DNA of 58,963 bases from Chloroflexota bacterium (GCA_036822415.1 DAISHS010000001.1:1-58963), one strand, 5' to 3'. Positions 38,451 to 48,066 are shown, counted from the stretch's first letter. The notes: generated from the sequence alone by a model not told the origin. Numbers and translations are program-made.

Positions 38451-40640
38451 ATGTCCAAAGCCAAAGTTCTTACAGCGCCGTTGGCATCCATCGTCTGGCT
38501 CGTGGCAGGCAGCGCCTGGTTTGTCTGGCATGGTTGGCAAGCCGTGCAGCACCCCGGCCCTGCCGCCACCCCTGGTTATTTCGACTGGTTCCGCTATCTG
38601 CTGCGCCTGACGCCGGCCTGGGGCTTGGCGCTGACGGCGGCTGCCCTGCTGCTCCTCGCGGGCGGCTGGCTCCTCTGGCGCCATGATCGCTACGACCGCT
38701 GGCTGCTGGCGGCGGCCCTGGTCGCCTTGCTGGTCCTGGCCCTGCGCCGGCCGCTCAACAACGGCCTCAGCCTGCTGCTGCTGCTAATGCTCGCGGCGGT
38801 GACGGCCGCGGCCGGCCGTTGGGTGCTGCGCGGCCTGCGTTTACCCGTTGACCAGGGCGCGGCCACGCTCTTTTACGCCTGGATCAGCGGCTGCGGCCTG
38901 CTGATCTTGACCGCGCTCGCGCTTGGCCTCGTGCATGCGCTGTCCGCTTGGACGTTGGGAGCCGCGCTGGTTGTGGGCGCCGTGGTTGCGCGGCGTGATC
39001 TGCGCTGGCTGGGGCAAACGGCGCGCGCCTGGCGCCCTTCACTCCCCGCGGGCAGCAGTCAGCGGCTGCTGACGTTGGCGCTGGCGCCGTTTGCGCTGCT
39101 CGATCTTCTGGGCGCGCTGGCCCCAGCCGCCGCCTTCGATGCTACCTGGTACCATCTTTTCATTCCGCGACTCTATCTGCAGGCTGGCGGTTTGGCCTAC
39201 TTTCCTGCGCACTATCGCAGTCTGTGGTTCGGCAATGTGGAACTGCTCAATCTGTGGGGCCTGGCCCTGGCCGGCGAGCAGCTGGCGCAGCTGCTTGGAC
39301 TGGGGCTGGCGCTGCTGCTGCTGTTGGGGGTATTTGTGGCCGCCCGCCCGTGGTTTGGGTCTCAGGTGGGGCTGCTGGCGGCCCTGCTTCTCTTTGCCAC
39401 GCCGGACATCGCCACCTATGCGCCGTCAGCCTACGCCGACATTCCCCTGGCCCTGTTTCTGTTGGCGGCGGCGCTGGCCTGGTGGCGCTGGCGTGACACC
39501 GACGCGCCAGGCTGGCTGTTGCTCGCGGCGCTCAGCGCCGGCCTGGCCGCCGGCGTCAAACTCCTGGGCTGGCCTTACCTGGCGCTGTTCGGCGTGCTGA
39601 CTCTGGGGCGTTTGCTCAGGCGGCCGCGGCCTGGCCGTTGGCCGCTTCTCCTGGCCGTTATCGCGGCGGCTGCGCTCCCCTCTTTACCCTGGCTCGTGCG
39701 CGCCTGGGTGTTGGGCGGCGATCCGATCATGCCTTTCGGCTACCGCTGGTTCGCCGAAACCACCTGGAACCGCTGCGCTGATCTTTTGCACCGCGCGCAC
39801 TTTGCCTACGTCGGCGTCGGCCAGGTGCGCAGCCTGGACGGCCTGGTTGTCGCGTTGAAGCTGCTGGCCCTTTACGCCAGCGGCAGCTGGCTCAGCCTGG
39901 TCTGGCCGCTGGCCCTGGTGCGGCTGCCGGGCCGCGGCTTTGGCGACAAACGGCGCGTGATACTCTCCTTGTTGGGAATCGGCGCGCTGCTGACGATCGC
40001 GCAGGCCATCCTCTTCCCCATGCCGCGTTTCTTTGTCAGCGCGCAGGCCGTGGGGGCGATCGTGGTGGCCGCGTGCACCTGGCGCTTACTCACCCGCGGC
40101 CCTGCCTGGTCGCGCGCGGGCGTCGCGGCCTTGCTGGTCTTTTCCACCGGCCTGGGGCTGGCCCATGCCGCCTCCGCGCGCCTGGACGCCCCGCGCGTCG
40201 TGTTGGGCCTGGAGAGCGAAGCCAGCGCCCTGACCCGCGGCTTGCCCGAATATGCGGCCCTGGCCTGGGCCAATCAACATCTGCCGGCCCAGGCGCGCGT
40301 GCTCAACTGGTCGCTGCGCGGCTCATTCCTGGCGCGCGATCAGGTACCGGTTGACCCGGCTTTCCAGGGATTGCTCAATTATGCGGAACTGACCGATGCG
40401 CAGCGCTTTCTGGCGCGCTTGCATGAGTTGGGCATCACGCATTTGCTAGTGCTGCCGGATGGCAGTCAATTTTTCTACCCGCAAGGGCGCGAAGTGGCCG
40501 CCAATCTCACGGCGTTCCTGGCGGCCGTTGACACGCGACTGACTCTGCTGCACGAAGAAAATGGCGTTCGTGTCTATGCCATTGACACCGAGGGCAATAC
40601 GCCGCCCATTCCCTTGCCGGGCCTGGCGCTCTGCCGTTAG
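38451..40640 (+). CDS. Polytopic membrane protein, GT-C (ArnT/PMT-like) glycosyltransferase
   Basis: More than 12 TM helices; FDATWYHL, AYAD, GVK, GDPIMPF motifs. Confidence 0.65.
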   Translation: MSKAKVLTAPLASIVWLVAGSAWFVWHGWQAVQHPGPAATPGYFDWFRYLLRLTPAWGLALTAAALLLLAGGWLLWRHDRYDRWLLAAALVALLVLALRRPLNNGLSLLLLLMLAAVTAAAGRWVLRGLRLPVDQGAATLFYAWISGCGLLILTALALGLVHALSAWTLGAALVVGAVVARRDLRWLGQTARAWRPSLPAGSSQRLLTLALAPFALLDLLGALAPAAAFDATWYHLFIPRLYLQAGGLAYFPAHYRSLWFGNVELLNLWGLALAGEQLAQLLGLGLALLLLLGVFVAARPWFGSQVGLLAALLLFATPDIATYAPSAYADIPLALFLLAAALAWWRWRDTDAPGWLLLAALSAGLAAGVKLLGWPYLALFGVLTLGRLLRRPRPGRWPLLLAVIAAAALPSLPWLVRAWVLGGDPIMPFGYRWFAETTWNRCADLLHRAHFAYVGVGQVRSLDGLVVALKLLALYASGSWLSLVWPLALVRLPGRGFGDKRRVILSLLGIGALLTIAQAILFPMPRFFVSAQAVGAIVVAACTWRLLTRGPAWSRAGVAALLVFSTGLGLAHAASARLDAPRVVLGLESEASALTRGLPEYAALAWANQHLPAQARVLNWSLRGSFLARDQVPVDPAFQGLLNYAELTDAQRFLARLHELGITHLLVLPDGSQFFYPQGREVAANLTAFLAAVDTRLTLLHEENGVRVYAIDTEGNTPPIPLPGLALCR

Positions 40641-40715
40641 CCGGCCGTTGCAAGTCCGAACCAAACAGGCGGTTGCGGCCACGAATTGCCCCCGCGCCTG
40701 CGGGGCAAAAAGTTG

Positions 40716-42017
40716 CTACGGCAGGGTTGGCGTCAGCGCATGGCGCGTGTCAATGATCAACGCGGCGTGCTGGGTGATGTCCGCCCAATCGTAGACAGAA
40801 TGATCGGTGGCTACCACCACGCAATCGGCCGCTTTGATCGCCAATGGCAGGTTCGTCACCGACGTCAGGGCATGCCCGTTGTGCTGCACCGTGGGCACAT
40901 GAGGATCGTGGTAACTCACCCGCGCGCCCTTGGCGCGCAGCAGCTCGATGATGTCCAGCGCCGGCGACTCGCGCACATCGTCCACGTCCTTTTTATAGGC
41001 GACACCCAGGACCAGAACCTCGCTGCCGCGCAGCGGCTTGCCCACATCGTTCAGCGCATCCTGCACCTTGTTGACCCAGTAGCGCGGCATTTCGCTGTTG
41101 ATCTCGCCGGCCAGCTGAATGAAGCGCGCGTTGTAGTTCAGCGTCTTCAATTTCCAGGACAGGTAGTGCGGATCGAGCGGAATACAATGCCCGCCGACGC
41201 CGGGGCCGGGCGTAAATTTCATGAAACCATAGGGCTTGGTGTTGGCCGCATCAATCACTTCCCACACGTCAATACCGAGCTTATCGCACATGATCGCGAT
41301 TTCGTTGACCAGCGCAATGTTGACGGCGCGGAACGTGTTTTCCAGCAGCTTGACCATCTCCGCGGTCTGCGTCGAAGAGACCGGCACCACGGTTTGGATG
41401 GCCTGGCGGTAGAGGGCGACGGCCACCTCCAGGCAGTCGGCCGTCAGGCCGCCCACGACCTTGGGCGTGTTCTCCACCAGGAAATCCTTGCGCCCCGGAT
41501 CAATACGTTCGGGCGAAAAAGCCAGGAAGAAATCGCGGCCTGCGCGCAGGCCGCCGGCTTCTAGCATCGGGCGCAGCAGCTCTTCGGTCGTGCCCGGATA
41601 GGTGGTTGACTCCAACGACACCAACATGCCGGGGTGTACATGCCGGGCCACCGATTCACCGGCGGCGATCAAAAAGCGCACGTCTGGGTCGCGTGTTTTG
41701 CTCAGCGGGGTCGGTACGCAGATGATGGCCGCGTCACAGGCGGCCAGGGCGCCGAAATCGCTTGTGGCCGACAGCGTGCGCCGTTCTCCTGCCTCGGTCA
41801 GTTGCGCCAGGCGCGCGCTGGCCACATCCTCGACATAGGAGTGACCGCGCATGATCGCTTTGATCTTGGTCTGATCTACGTCAATGCCGACCACGCGCAA
41901 GCCAGCTTCGGCGAAGGCCACGGCCAACGGCAAGCCGACGTAGCCAAGACCAATCACGGCGATGCAAGCCGTGCGTGTGTTGAATTTTGCCAATAATTCG
42001 GATTTAATGTCTGCCAT
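40716..42017 (-). CDS. Nucleotide-sugar 6-dehydrogenase (UDP-GlcNAc/WbpA-like)
   Basis: GLGYVGLP, CVPTPL, ESTTYPGTT, SPERIDPG, GVGGHCIP, DVRESP. Confidence 0.93.
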   Translation of the reverse strand: MADIKSELLAKFNTRTACIAVIGLGYVGLPLAVAFAEAGLRVVGIDVDQTKIKAIMRGHSYVEDVASARLAQLTEAGERRTLSATSDFGALAACDAAIICVPTPLSKTRDPDVRFLIAAGESVARHVHPGMLVSLESTTYPGTTEELLRPMLEAGGLRAGRDFFLAFSPERIDPGRKDFLVENTPKVVGGLTADCLEVAVALYRQAIQTVVPVSSTQTAEMVKLLENTFRAVNIALVNEIAIMCDKLGIDVWEVIDAANTKPYGFMKFTPGPGVGGHCIPLDPHYLSWKLKTLNYNARFIQLAGEINSEMPRYWVNKVQDALNDVGKPLRGSEVLVLGVAYKKDVDDVRESPALDIIELLRAKGARVSYHDPHVPTVQHNGHALTSVTNLPLAIKAADCVVVATDHSVYDWADITQHAALIIDTRHALTPTLP

Positions 42018-42033
42018 CGTTTTTCTTTGGACT

Positions 42034-43035
42034 CTATTTTCTGGTATCGGTTATTGAGCTGCGCAGCGCGTGCGCCACGCGCTCGATGGTCTCTGCCAGG
42101 GAGACCTCAGGCGCCCACTTGGTCAGGGCGTGCAATTTACTCGTGTCTGGCACCCGCCGGCGCATGTCTTCGAAGCCAGGCGCATAGGCGTCCGCGTAGG
42201 GGATGAATTGGATGCGCGGATCATTCTCAGCGACCGGCGTCCCTGGAGAGAGCACCTGCAGGATGAGGCGGGCCAGGTTGAGAATGGTGATCTCGTCGCG
42301 GCCGCCCACATTGAACACTTCACCCACCGTATCAGAGCGCTCGGCCAACGCCAGCGCGGCGCGTACCACATCCGCCACGTCACAAAAACAACGGCTCTGC
42401 TTGCCATCGCCGTAGACGGTCAGCGGTTGGCCGGCCAGCGTCTGCCCCACCAGGCGCGGCACGACCATGCCATAGCGGCCGGTCTGGCGCGGGCCAACGG
42501 TGTTGAAGAAGCGCATGATGGTCACCGGCAGCCCTTTTTCATGGTAATAAGCCAGCCCCAGGAACTCATCCACCATCTTGCTGGCCGCGTAGGCCCAGCG
42601 GGTCTTGCTGGTCGGCCCAAGCAGGACATCGTCCGTTTCGCTGAAGGGGACGCGGCTGCCCTTGCCATAAACCTCGGAAGTCGAAGCCATCAGCACACGG
42701 GCGCGGTAGCGCGCGGCGGTGCGCAGAACCGCGTCGGTGCCCATGACGTTGGTTTCGATGGTGTGCACCGGCTGGCGCACGATCAGCTCCACTCCCACGG
42801 CCGCGGCCAGGTGGAAAACCATATCACATTCGCTGGTCAAGCGGTCGAGCACAATGTCGTTCGTGATCGAGTCAATGGCGAAATGGAAGCCTGGCTGCCC
42901 GACCAGGTGGGCGATATTGTCAAAACGACCGGTAGACAGGTCATCTATGATGGTGACCCGGTGACCGGCGGCCAGAAGCGCTTCGGCCAGGTGACTACCA
43001 ATAAATCCGGCGCCGCCGGTGATCAAAACATGCAC
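42034..43035 (-). CDS. NAD-dependent nucleotide-sugar epimerase/dehydratase
   Basis: TGGAGFIGS, STSEVYG, YAASK, RFFNTVGPRQ. Confidence 0.93.
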   Translation of the reverse strand: MHVLITGGAGFIGSHLAEALLAAGHRVTIIDDLSTGRFDNIAHLVGQPGFHFAIDSITNDIVLDRLTSECDMVFHLAAAVGVELIVRQPVHTIETNVMGTDAVLRTAARYRARVLMASTSEVYGKGSRVPFSETDDVLLGPTSKTRWAYAASKMVDEFLGLAYYHEKGLPVTIMRFFNTVGPRQTGRYGMVVPRLVGQTLAGQPLTVYGDGKQSRCFCDVADVVRAALALAERSDTVGEVFNVGGRDEITILNLARLILQVLSPGTPVAENDPRIQFIPYADAYAPGFEDMRRRVPDTSKLHALTKWAPEVSLAETIERVAHALRSSITDTRK

Positions 43036-43051
43036 ACATCACCTCATTCTT

Positions 43052-43696
43052 TCAGGAGCCTGGTTTGGCGTTGACATCCTGCGCTGTTTCTTCGTCGGGA
43101 TAACGAATTTTGCGCCCTTTGCCCCGAGTGCTGCGGCGCAGCTGCATCTGCTGGCGTTCGCGCTCGGTCTCGATCAGGTCCAGCGGATCAATGTCGTCTG
43201 CCGCGGCTAACTCGAGCTCCTCGACCGGGATTTCGGCCGGACGCGCGCGCCCGAGGAAATTCAATAGGATGTGCACCCGTTGCGTGGGTGTGGTGGGGCC
43301 TTCGAAAATCCCCATCAAGCCCTGGAGGGCGCCGTCACGGATGCGCACGCGATCCCCCGGTCGGAACTTGTGGGTCGGCAGCCCCCCTTCAGCCCAAATC
43401 TGGGCCATGCGCTCACGCAGGGCCTCGACGACCTCGTCCTCCACGATGGCCGGGCGTCGCTCAACCGTCACAACGCCCCGGATGCCGGGCGTCCAGGCAA
43501 TGGCGGCGTAGCCGGTGATCTCGAAATCAATACGGGCAAACAGGTAGGTTGGGAAATAGGGTGTGGTCGTACGGCCTGGGCGTGGATGTCGCGACTTGAG
43601 CGTCGGCAGGTAGGTTTCAATCGAGCGTGATTGGAGAATCTCGGCGACCAAATACTCAGCGTTCGGTTTTAGATGCAGCGCATACCAGTGTAACAA
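43052..43696 (-). CDS. NusG paralog (RfaH/UpxY/LoaP-like antiterminator) with Arg-rich C-terminal tail
   Basis: WYALHLKP, PYFPTYLF NGN domain; FRPGDRVRIRDGALQGLMG KOW; tail RRSTRGKGRKIR; TTG start. Confidence 0.88.
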   Translation of the reverse strand: MLHWYALHLKPNAEYLVAEILQSRSIETYLPTLKSRHPRPGRTTTPYFPTYLFARIDFEITGYAAIAWTPGIRGVVTVERRPAIVEDEVVEALRERMAQIWAEGGLPTHKFRPGDRVRIRDGALQGLMGIFEGPTTPTQRVHILLNFLGRARPAEIPVEELELAAADDIDPLDLIETERERQQMQLRRSTRGKGRKIRYPDEETAQDVNAKPGS

Positions 43697-43742
43697 CGCA
43701 GCGCCCTCGTCCAGGGAAAAAATGGATTCGCTGCGCTAGTTT

Positions 43743-43837
43743 AACACAAATCGCCCTGCTCTCACAAATGAAAACAGGGCGATGAACAAAGGCGCGCCCA
43801 TCAAGGCACGCGCGCCTGCCAGGGCGATGAACAAAGG
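43743..43837 (-). promoter_or_regulatory. Leader with tandem terminator-like hairpins and an 18-bp direct repeat
   Basis: CAGGGCGATGAACAAAGG at 43775-43792 and 43820-43837; minus-strand hairpin ATCGCCCTGTTTTCA-TTTG-TGAGAGCAGGGCGAT followed by TTGTGTT. Confidence 0.6.
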
Positions 43838-43886
43838 AGGGTCGTGCATTTGGCGGTTTGCCAACCACTCGGTAGAATCAGCGCGG

Positions 43887-43946
43887 CAGGTCACGAGAGA
43901 CAGCATCGTAACCAGATCACGAGAGATAGCGTCGTAACCAGGTCAC
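43887..43946. repeat. 26-bp tandem repeat, 2.3 copies
   Basis: CAGGTCACGAGAGACAGCATCGTAAC / CAGATCACGAGAGATAGCGTCGTAAC / CAGGTCAC. Confidence 0.85.
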
Positions 43947-44317
43947 TGCATGACCAAGCAGAGCGTAATGATCGGGCGTGGAATCGGTTTCTTGCACCAC
44001 GTCATCGCCCGGAAGAAATGTCCAGGCCAGTAGAACAATGACAGCACTCAGAATCAACCACGGCATTTCTTTTCTCCTGCTGTAATAGATATCTTATGAT
44101 GGTCTGCCGAGGTGAAACGAGTATGAATTTGATGCGTCAGTTGTCTGACAGTTTTTTCATCTATGCAAATCATAAAGCCTCAACTGCTAAACGCCTCAGG
44201 CAAAAGGCTTGGTTCATGCCCGCCTGCTGTACACTACAACGAATGGGGCGACAGGCCGGTTCCTTGCCTGGCATCCCAAACCGACGCCATTAGATTAAGG
44301 CTTGATGAGTTAGCGCG

Positions 44318-45196
44318 ATGGACATCAACATCAAACTTGGCGAACCGCTCTGGCGCGCCGTGGGTCAACGCCGCTTGCAAATTAGCTGGCCGGAGGACAA
44401 CCCGCCGACGGTCATGGATCTGTTGGTCTATCTGCAAGGCGCCTATCCGGGGTTCACGGAGGCGCTGAGCAGCGTGACCGGCATCAGCCATGCGAACCCG
44501 TACCAGTTTTTCGTGGACTCCCGCATCGTGGCTCCGCACGCCCTTGCTGAACGACGCTTGCGCGCCGGAGAAACCCTCTACATTTTCTTGCCAGCCGCCG
44601 GCGGCGCCGGAGACGAGCCACTGCCGCGCAGCTTTTACGCCAGACCCACCCCCCTGGTGGCGCAAGATTTACTGGGCAGGCTCCTCGTGCGTGATCTGCC
44701 TGACGGCGCGCGCGTCTGCGGGCGCATTGTGGAGACCGAGGCCTACGGCGGCGCCGAGGATCAGGCCAGCCATGCTGCGCGCGGCCCCACGCCCCGCGCG
44801 GCCATCATGTTCGGCCAACCGGGGCGCGCCTATGTCTATTTCATCTACGGGATGTACTTTTGCTTCAACGTGGTGACAGAAGCGGAAGGGACGCCTGGCG
44901 CGGTGCTAATCCGTGCGTTAGAACTGGCCCCCGCAGGAGAGATCGCGCCCCAGCAGCAGGCCAATGGCCCAGGCAAGCTCTGCCGCGCGCTGCAGATTGA
45001 TCGCACGCTCAACGGGCATGACCTGACCGAAGCTGGCGCGCTTTATCTGGCGGCCGGTCAACCGGCCGCGCCCAGGGAGATCGAGGTATCCCCGCGCATC
45101 AATGTACGCGGGGATGAAGCGGGACGCGCCCGGCCTTGGCGTTTTGTGATTCGCGGCCATCCGGCGGTGTCGCGCGCGCCGGGGCTTCGATCGTGA
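44318..45196 (+). CDS. Fusion of a MoaD/ThiS ubiquitin-like domain and DNA-3-methyladenine glycosylase (MPG/AAG family)
   Basis: N-terminal TVMDLL...LRAGETLYIFLPAAGG; then VAQDLLG, GRIVETEAY, YVYFIYGMY, AVLIRALE, GPGKLCRAL, PRI. Confidence 0.88.
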   Translation: MDINIKLGEPLWRAVGQRRLQISWPEDNPPTVMDLLVYLQGAYPGFTEALSSVTGISHANPYQFFVDSRIVAPHALAERRLRAGETLYIFLPAAGGAGDEPLPRSFYARPTPLVAQDLLGRLLVRDLPDGARVCGRIVETEAYGGAEDQASHAARGPTPRAAIMFGQPGRAYVYFIYGMYFCFNVVTEAEGTPGAVLIRALELAPAGEIAPQQQANGPGKLCRALQIDRTLNGHDLTEAGALYLAAGQPAAPREIEVSPRINVRGDEAGRARPWRFVIRGHPAVSRAPGLRS

Positions 45197-45217
45197 GCGC
45201 CAGGTTTAGCGGCGCGC

Positions 45218-46237
45218 TTACATCGGTGGGTAGAGCGCCATCAGCCCGTCGGCCACGGCATTGCGCCAGGCCGGGAAGTTATGACTCCAGTTGCCCTCGC
45301 GCAGGCTCACGGTATAGCCCCTGGTTTGTAAAAGCTCGTACATCGCCAGGTTGGTGGGGTGCAGGCGCTCGAAGCGGCCTACGTCCAGCCAGATATTGAT
45401 AGGCGGCGGCTCTTGCAGGCTCACCAGGGGCCAGATGACCGTTCGATGATCGCTGACATTGAACGCGCCAGACTGGCTGAGCACGCGACCGAAGATGGTC
45501 GGGTAGCGCAGTCCGGTGTAAAGCGCCATCAAGCCGCCCATCGAGCTGCCCAGCGCGCCAAAGCTGCCCGACGCGGTCTCTGGATCAAGCAGATTGAGCT
45601 GCGCTTGCGCCAGGGGCAGCACCTGGCGGCGGATGAAATCGAGCGTCATTTCACCGCAGGCATACTCATTGATGCGCGTTTTGCCGCCATGCGCCAGCAG
45701 CGCCAGCGCCACCGGCTGCATGCGCCCCTGGGCCACCAGGTTGTCCACGATGGTGGGAAGGTGAACGCGGCGCAGGTACTCCACGCCATCGAAGACCACC
45801 AGCAAAGGGCAGGGTTCGGTCACGGGCGGCTGATAGAGATAGACCAGGCGCTGCTTGCCCATCGCCAAAAAGCCAGCATCCACGTGGTGACGTGTCACCG
45901 TTCCGGCCGGCGCGTCGGGCTGAGGGGTGATCCACGGCGTGCGCGCGGCCTCCGGCATGTAGAAGTAACTGGTGCGATGACCAAAACCGTCGGCGGTGGT
46001 GTCGGGATTGAGCGGATCACGCACATGCTTGCCGTCCACATAGAAGCTGTACTCCATGTAAGCGTCGGCCGGCATGGTCATGGTGTAGGCCCAGAGGCCG
46101 GGCATGATCGGCGCAAGGGTCGGCGCGTTTTCGATATCCCAGTTATTCCAGTCACCCGTCACCTGGGGCGCGGTTTCACCTTGCCAAAAAAACGTCACCT
46201 GGTTGCCTTGCCGATGGGGCGATACGAGACGCGCCAT
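45218..46237 (-). CDS. Fes-like alpha/beta esterase with N-terminal E-set/CBM48-like domain
   Basis: VTFFW..VTGDWNNW..DPLNP; GSSMGG nucleophile elbow; SQSG; HNFPAW; AGGAGGA RBS. Confidence 0.85.
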   Translation of the reverse strand: MARLVSPHRQGNQVTFFWQGETAPQVTGDWNNWDIENAPTLAPIMPGLWAYTMTMPADAYMEYSFYVDGKHVRDPLNPDTTADGFGHRTSYFYMPEAARTPWITPQPDAPAGTVTRHHVDAGFLAMGKQRLVYLYQPPVTEPCPLLVVFDGVEYLRRVHLPTIVDNLVAQGRMQPVALALLAHGGKTRINEYACGEMTLDFIRRQVLPLAQAQLNLLDPETASGSFGALGSSMGGLMALYTGLRYPTIFGRVLSQSGAFNVSDHRTVIWPLVSLQEPPPINIWLDVGRFERLHPTNLAMYELLQTRGYTVSLREGNWSHNFPAWRNAVADGLMALYPPM

Positions 46238-46269
46238 GTCTCCTCCTCTTTGCTTCCCGGTCAATCGTG

Positions 46270-47748
46270 TTACAAGCCCTGTTTGTTGCGCATGGCCTTA
46301 GCGTACAGCTCTTCGTAGGCGTGAGCGCTCTTTTCCCACGAGTAATCCTGCTGCATGGCCTTCTGAATCATCAGGTTGAGGTGATGCTTGCGGTCATAAT
46401 AGGTGCTGACGGCCCAGCCGACGGTGTCAAAGATGCTGCGAGCGGACGGCTCGACAAACTTGAAACCGGTGCCATTGCCGGTGGCTTCGTCGTACTGCTC
46501 GACCGTATCGTCCAGGCCGCCCGTGGCGCGCACAATCGGCAGGGTGCCATACTTCAGCGAGTAGATTTGATTGAGGCCGCACGGCTCGAAAAGCGACGGC
46601 ATGATGAAAAAGTCGGCGCCGGCTTCGATCAGGTGGGCCACGGGATTGCTGTAGCCGATGTAGGCGCCGATACGGCCCGGATGGCGCGCGGCCGCGGCGC
46701 GGAAGAATGTTTCCAGTCCGGGGTCGCCCGAGCCGAGGATGGCAAACTGCACTTCCATCGAGGCGACGATGTCTTCGATGGCTTGCGCCAGCAAATCAAG
46801 CCCCTTCTGGGCCGCCAGACGGCTGACCACGCCCACGATCGGGATGTGCGAGTTGACCTCCAGGCCCAGCTGGCGCTGCAGCTCAGCCTTGCAGGCGGCC
46901 TTACCCGACAGGTCATGCGGCCAGAAGCGGGCCGGAATCAGCTTATCTACGGCCGGGTTCCATTCGGTGTAGTCCACGCCGTTGAGGATGCCGACATAGT
47001 TGTCGCCGCGGCCGTTGAGGAAGGGCGCCATGCCATAGGACAGCGCAGGCGAGCGCGTCTCCTGCGCATAGGTGGGGCTGACTGTGTTGACCACGTCCGC
47101 GTACTGGATGCCGCCCTTGAGGAAGTTGATGCGGCCGTGATCTTCGAACTTGTCGGCCGTAAAATTACTCCATTGCAGCCCCAGGTAGTCATAGCAACCG
47201 GTGTCGTAGTTGCCCTGATAGGCCACGTTATGAATCGTCAGCACGCTGGCTGCGCCGCCCAAGATCGGATCGTTCCAGTGCCAAATTTTGAGATAAGCCG
47301 GCGCGAGGGACGTGTGCCAGTCATGCACGTGCACGATGTCAGGCTTGAAGTTGAGATCAACGCACAACTGTAAGGCGGCCCGCGTCAAGAAGCCGAAGCG
47401 GAAGGGATTGTCCAGGTAATCGTTGTACTGGGCGTCATGGTAGAGGCCGGGGCGTTCGAAATAGCGCCGAAAATCCACGAAATAGATCGGCACGCCGTCG
47501 TTGCTGGCCGTGTAGACGCCGCACCACTCCTGTGTGTTGCCCATCCAAACGCCCATGGGGCTGAGGAAGGGGCGCAGACCGAACTTTTTTTCATCAATAC
47601 TGCTATATTTGGGCATGACCACGATGACTTCGTGTCCGAGCGCCCGCAGCACCTTAGGCAGGGCGCCGGCCACATCGGCCAGGCCGCCGGTCTTGGCGTA
47701 GGGAACACATTCCGAGGCGATCATCGCAATTTTCAATTGGGACGGCAT
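46270..47748 (-). CDS. glgA: Glycogen synthase
   Basis: KTGGLADV, HVHDWH, TIHN, GILNG, PSLFEPCGLNQ, TGGLDDTV. Confidence 0.96.
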   Translation of the reverse strand: MPSQLKIAMIASECVPYAKTGGLADVAGALPKVLRALGHEVIVVMPKYSSIDEKKFGLRPFLSPMGVWMGNTQEWCGVYTASNDGVPIYFVDFRRYFERPGLYHDAQYNDYLDNPFRFGFLTRAALQLCVDLNFKPDIVHVHDWHTSLAPAYLKIWHWNDPILGGAASVLTIHNVAYQGNYDTGCYDYLGLQWSNFTADKFEDHGRINFLKGGIQYADVVNTVSPTYAQETRSPALSYGMAPFLNGRGDNYVGILNGVDYTEWNPAVDKLIPARFWPHDLSGKAACKAELQRQLGLEVNSHIPIVGVVSRLAAQKGLDLLAQAIEDIVASMEVQFAILGSGDPGLETFFRAAAARHPGRIGAYIGYSNPVAHLIEAGADFFIMPSLFEPCGLNQIYSLKYGTLPIVRATGGLDDTVEQYDEATGNGTGFKFVEPSARSIFDTVGWAVSTYYDRKHHLNLMIQKAMQQDYSWEKSAHAYEELYAKAMRNKQGL

Positions 47749-47966
47749 GAAGAGAGTCCTTTCACGAACAAGGTTGTACGCTTTCTTCTCAAGAACACAG
47801 GCTCAAGAACACAGGGAGGCTTTGGCAATCTGATCGGTGCAACCCGCAGGGGCGCCGCTATCCCTGGCGGCCTTGCGCCGGCTGCACGCGAAATGAACGA
47901 GAACACAGGATGACGCGATGGATTGTAACACGGCCACGAAAGGCAAGCAACTCACTCAGGCCACGA

Positions 47967-48066
47967 GGGTGCAATTCAAACTGGGGGCAGATCGGGCGAC
48001 TGCAAGTCGCTGCAACGATTGCGAAGTCCACCTGCGTGGACTACACCCCGAAACTGAAATGCACTC
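47967..48066. mobile_element. 100-bp MITE, copy 2 (inverted relative to copy 1)
   Basis: Four mismatches to copy 1; flanked by AGGCCACGA (47958-47966) and AGGCCATGA (48067-48075). Confidence 0.9.

Noticed and set aside
43887..43946. Possible CRISPR mini-array
   Set aside because: The repeats are contiguous with no spacers, there are only 2.3 copies, and no cas genes are present
44200..44317. LexA control of the Ubl-glycosylase gene
   Set aside because: No GAAC-N4-GTTC box found upstream
47788..47815. 14-bp tandem duplication CTCAAGAACACAGG upstream of glgA
   Set aside because: Real, but probably a slippage or excision scar with no evidence of function
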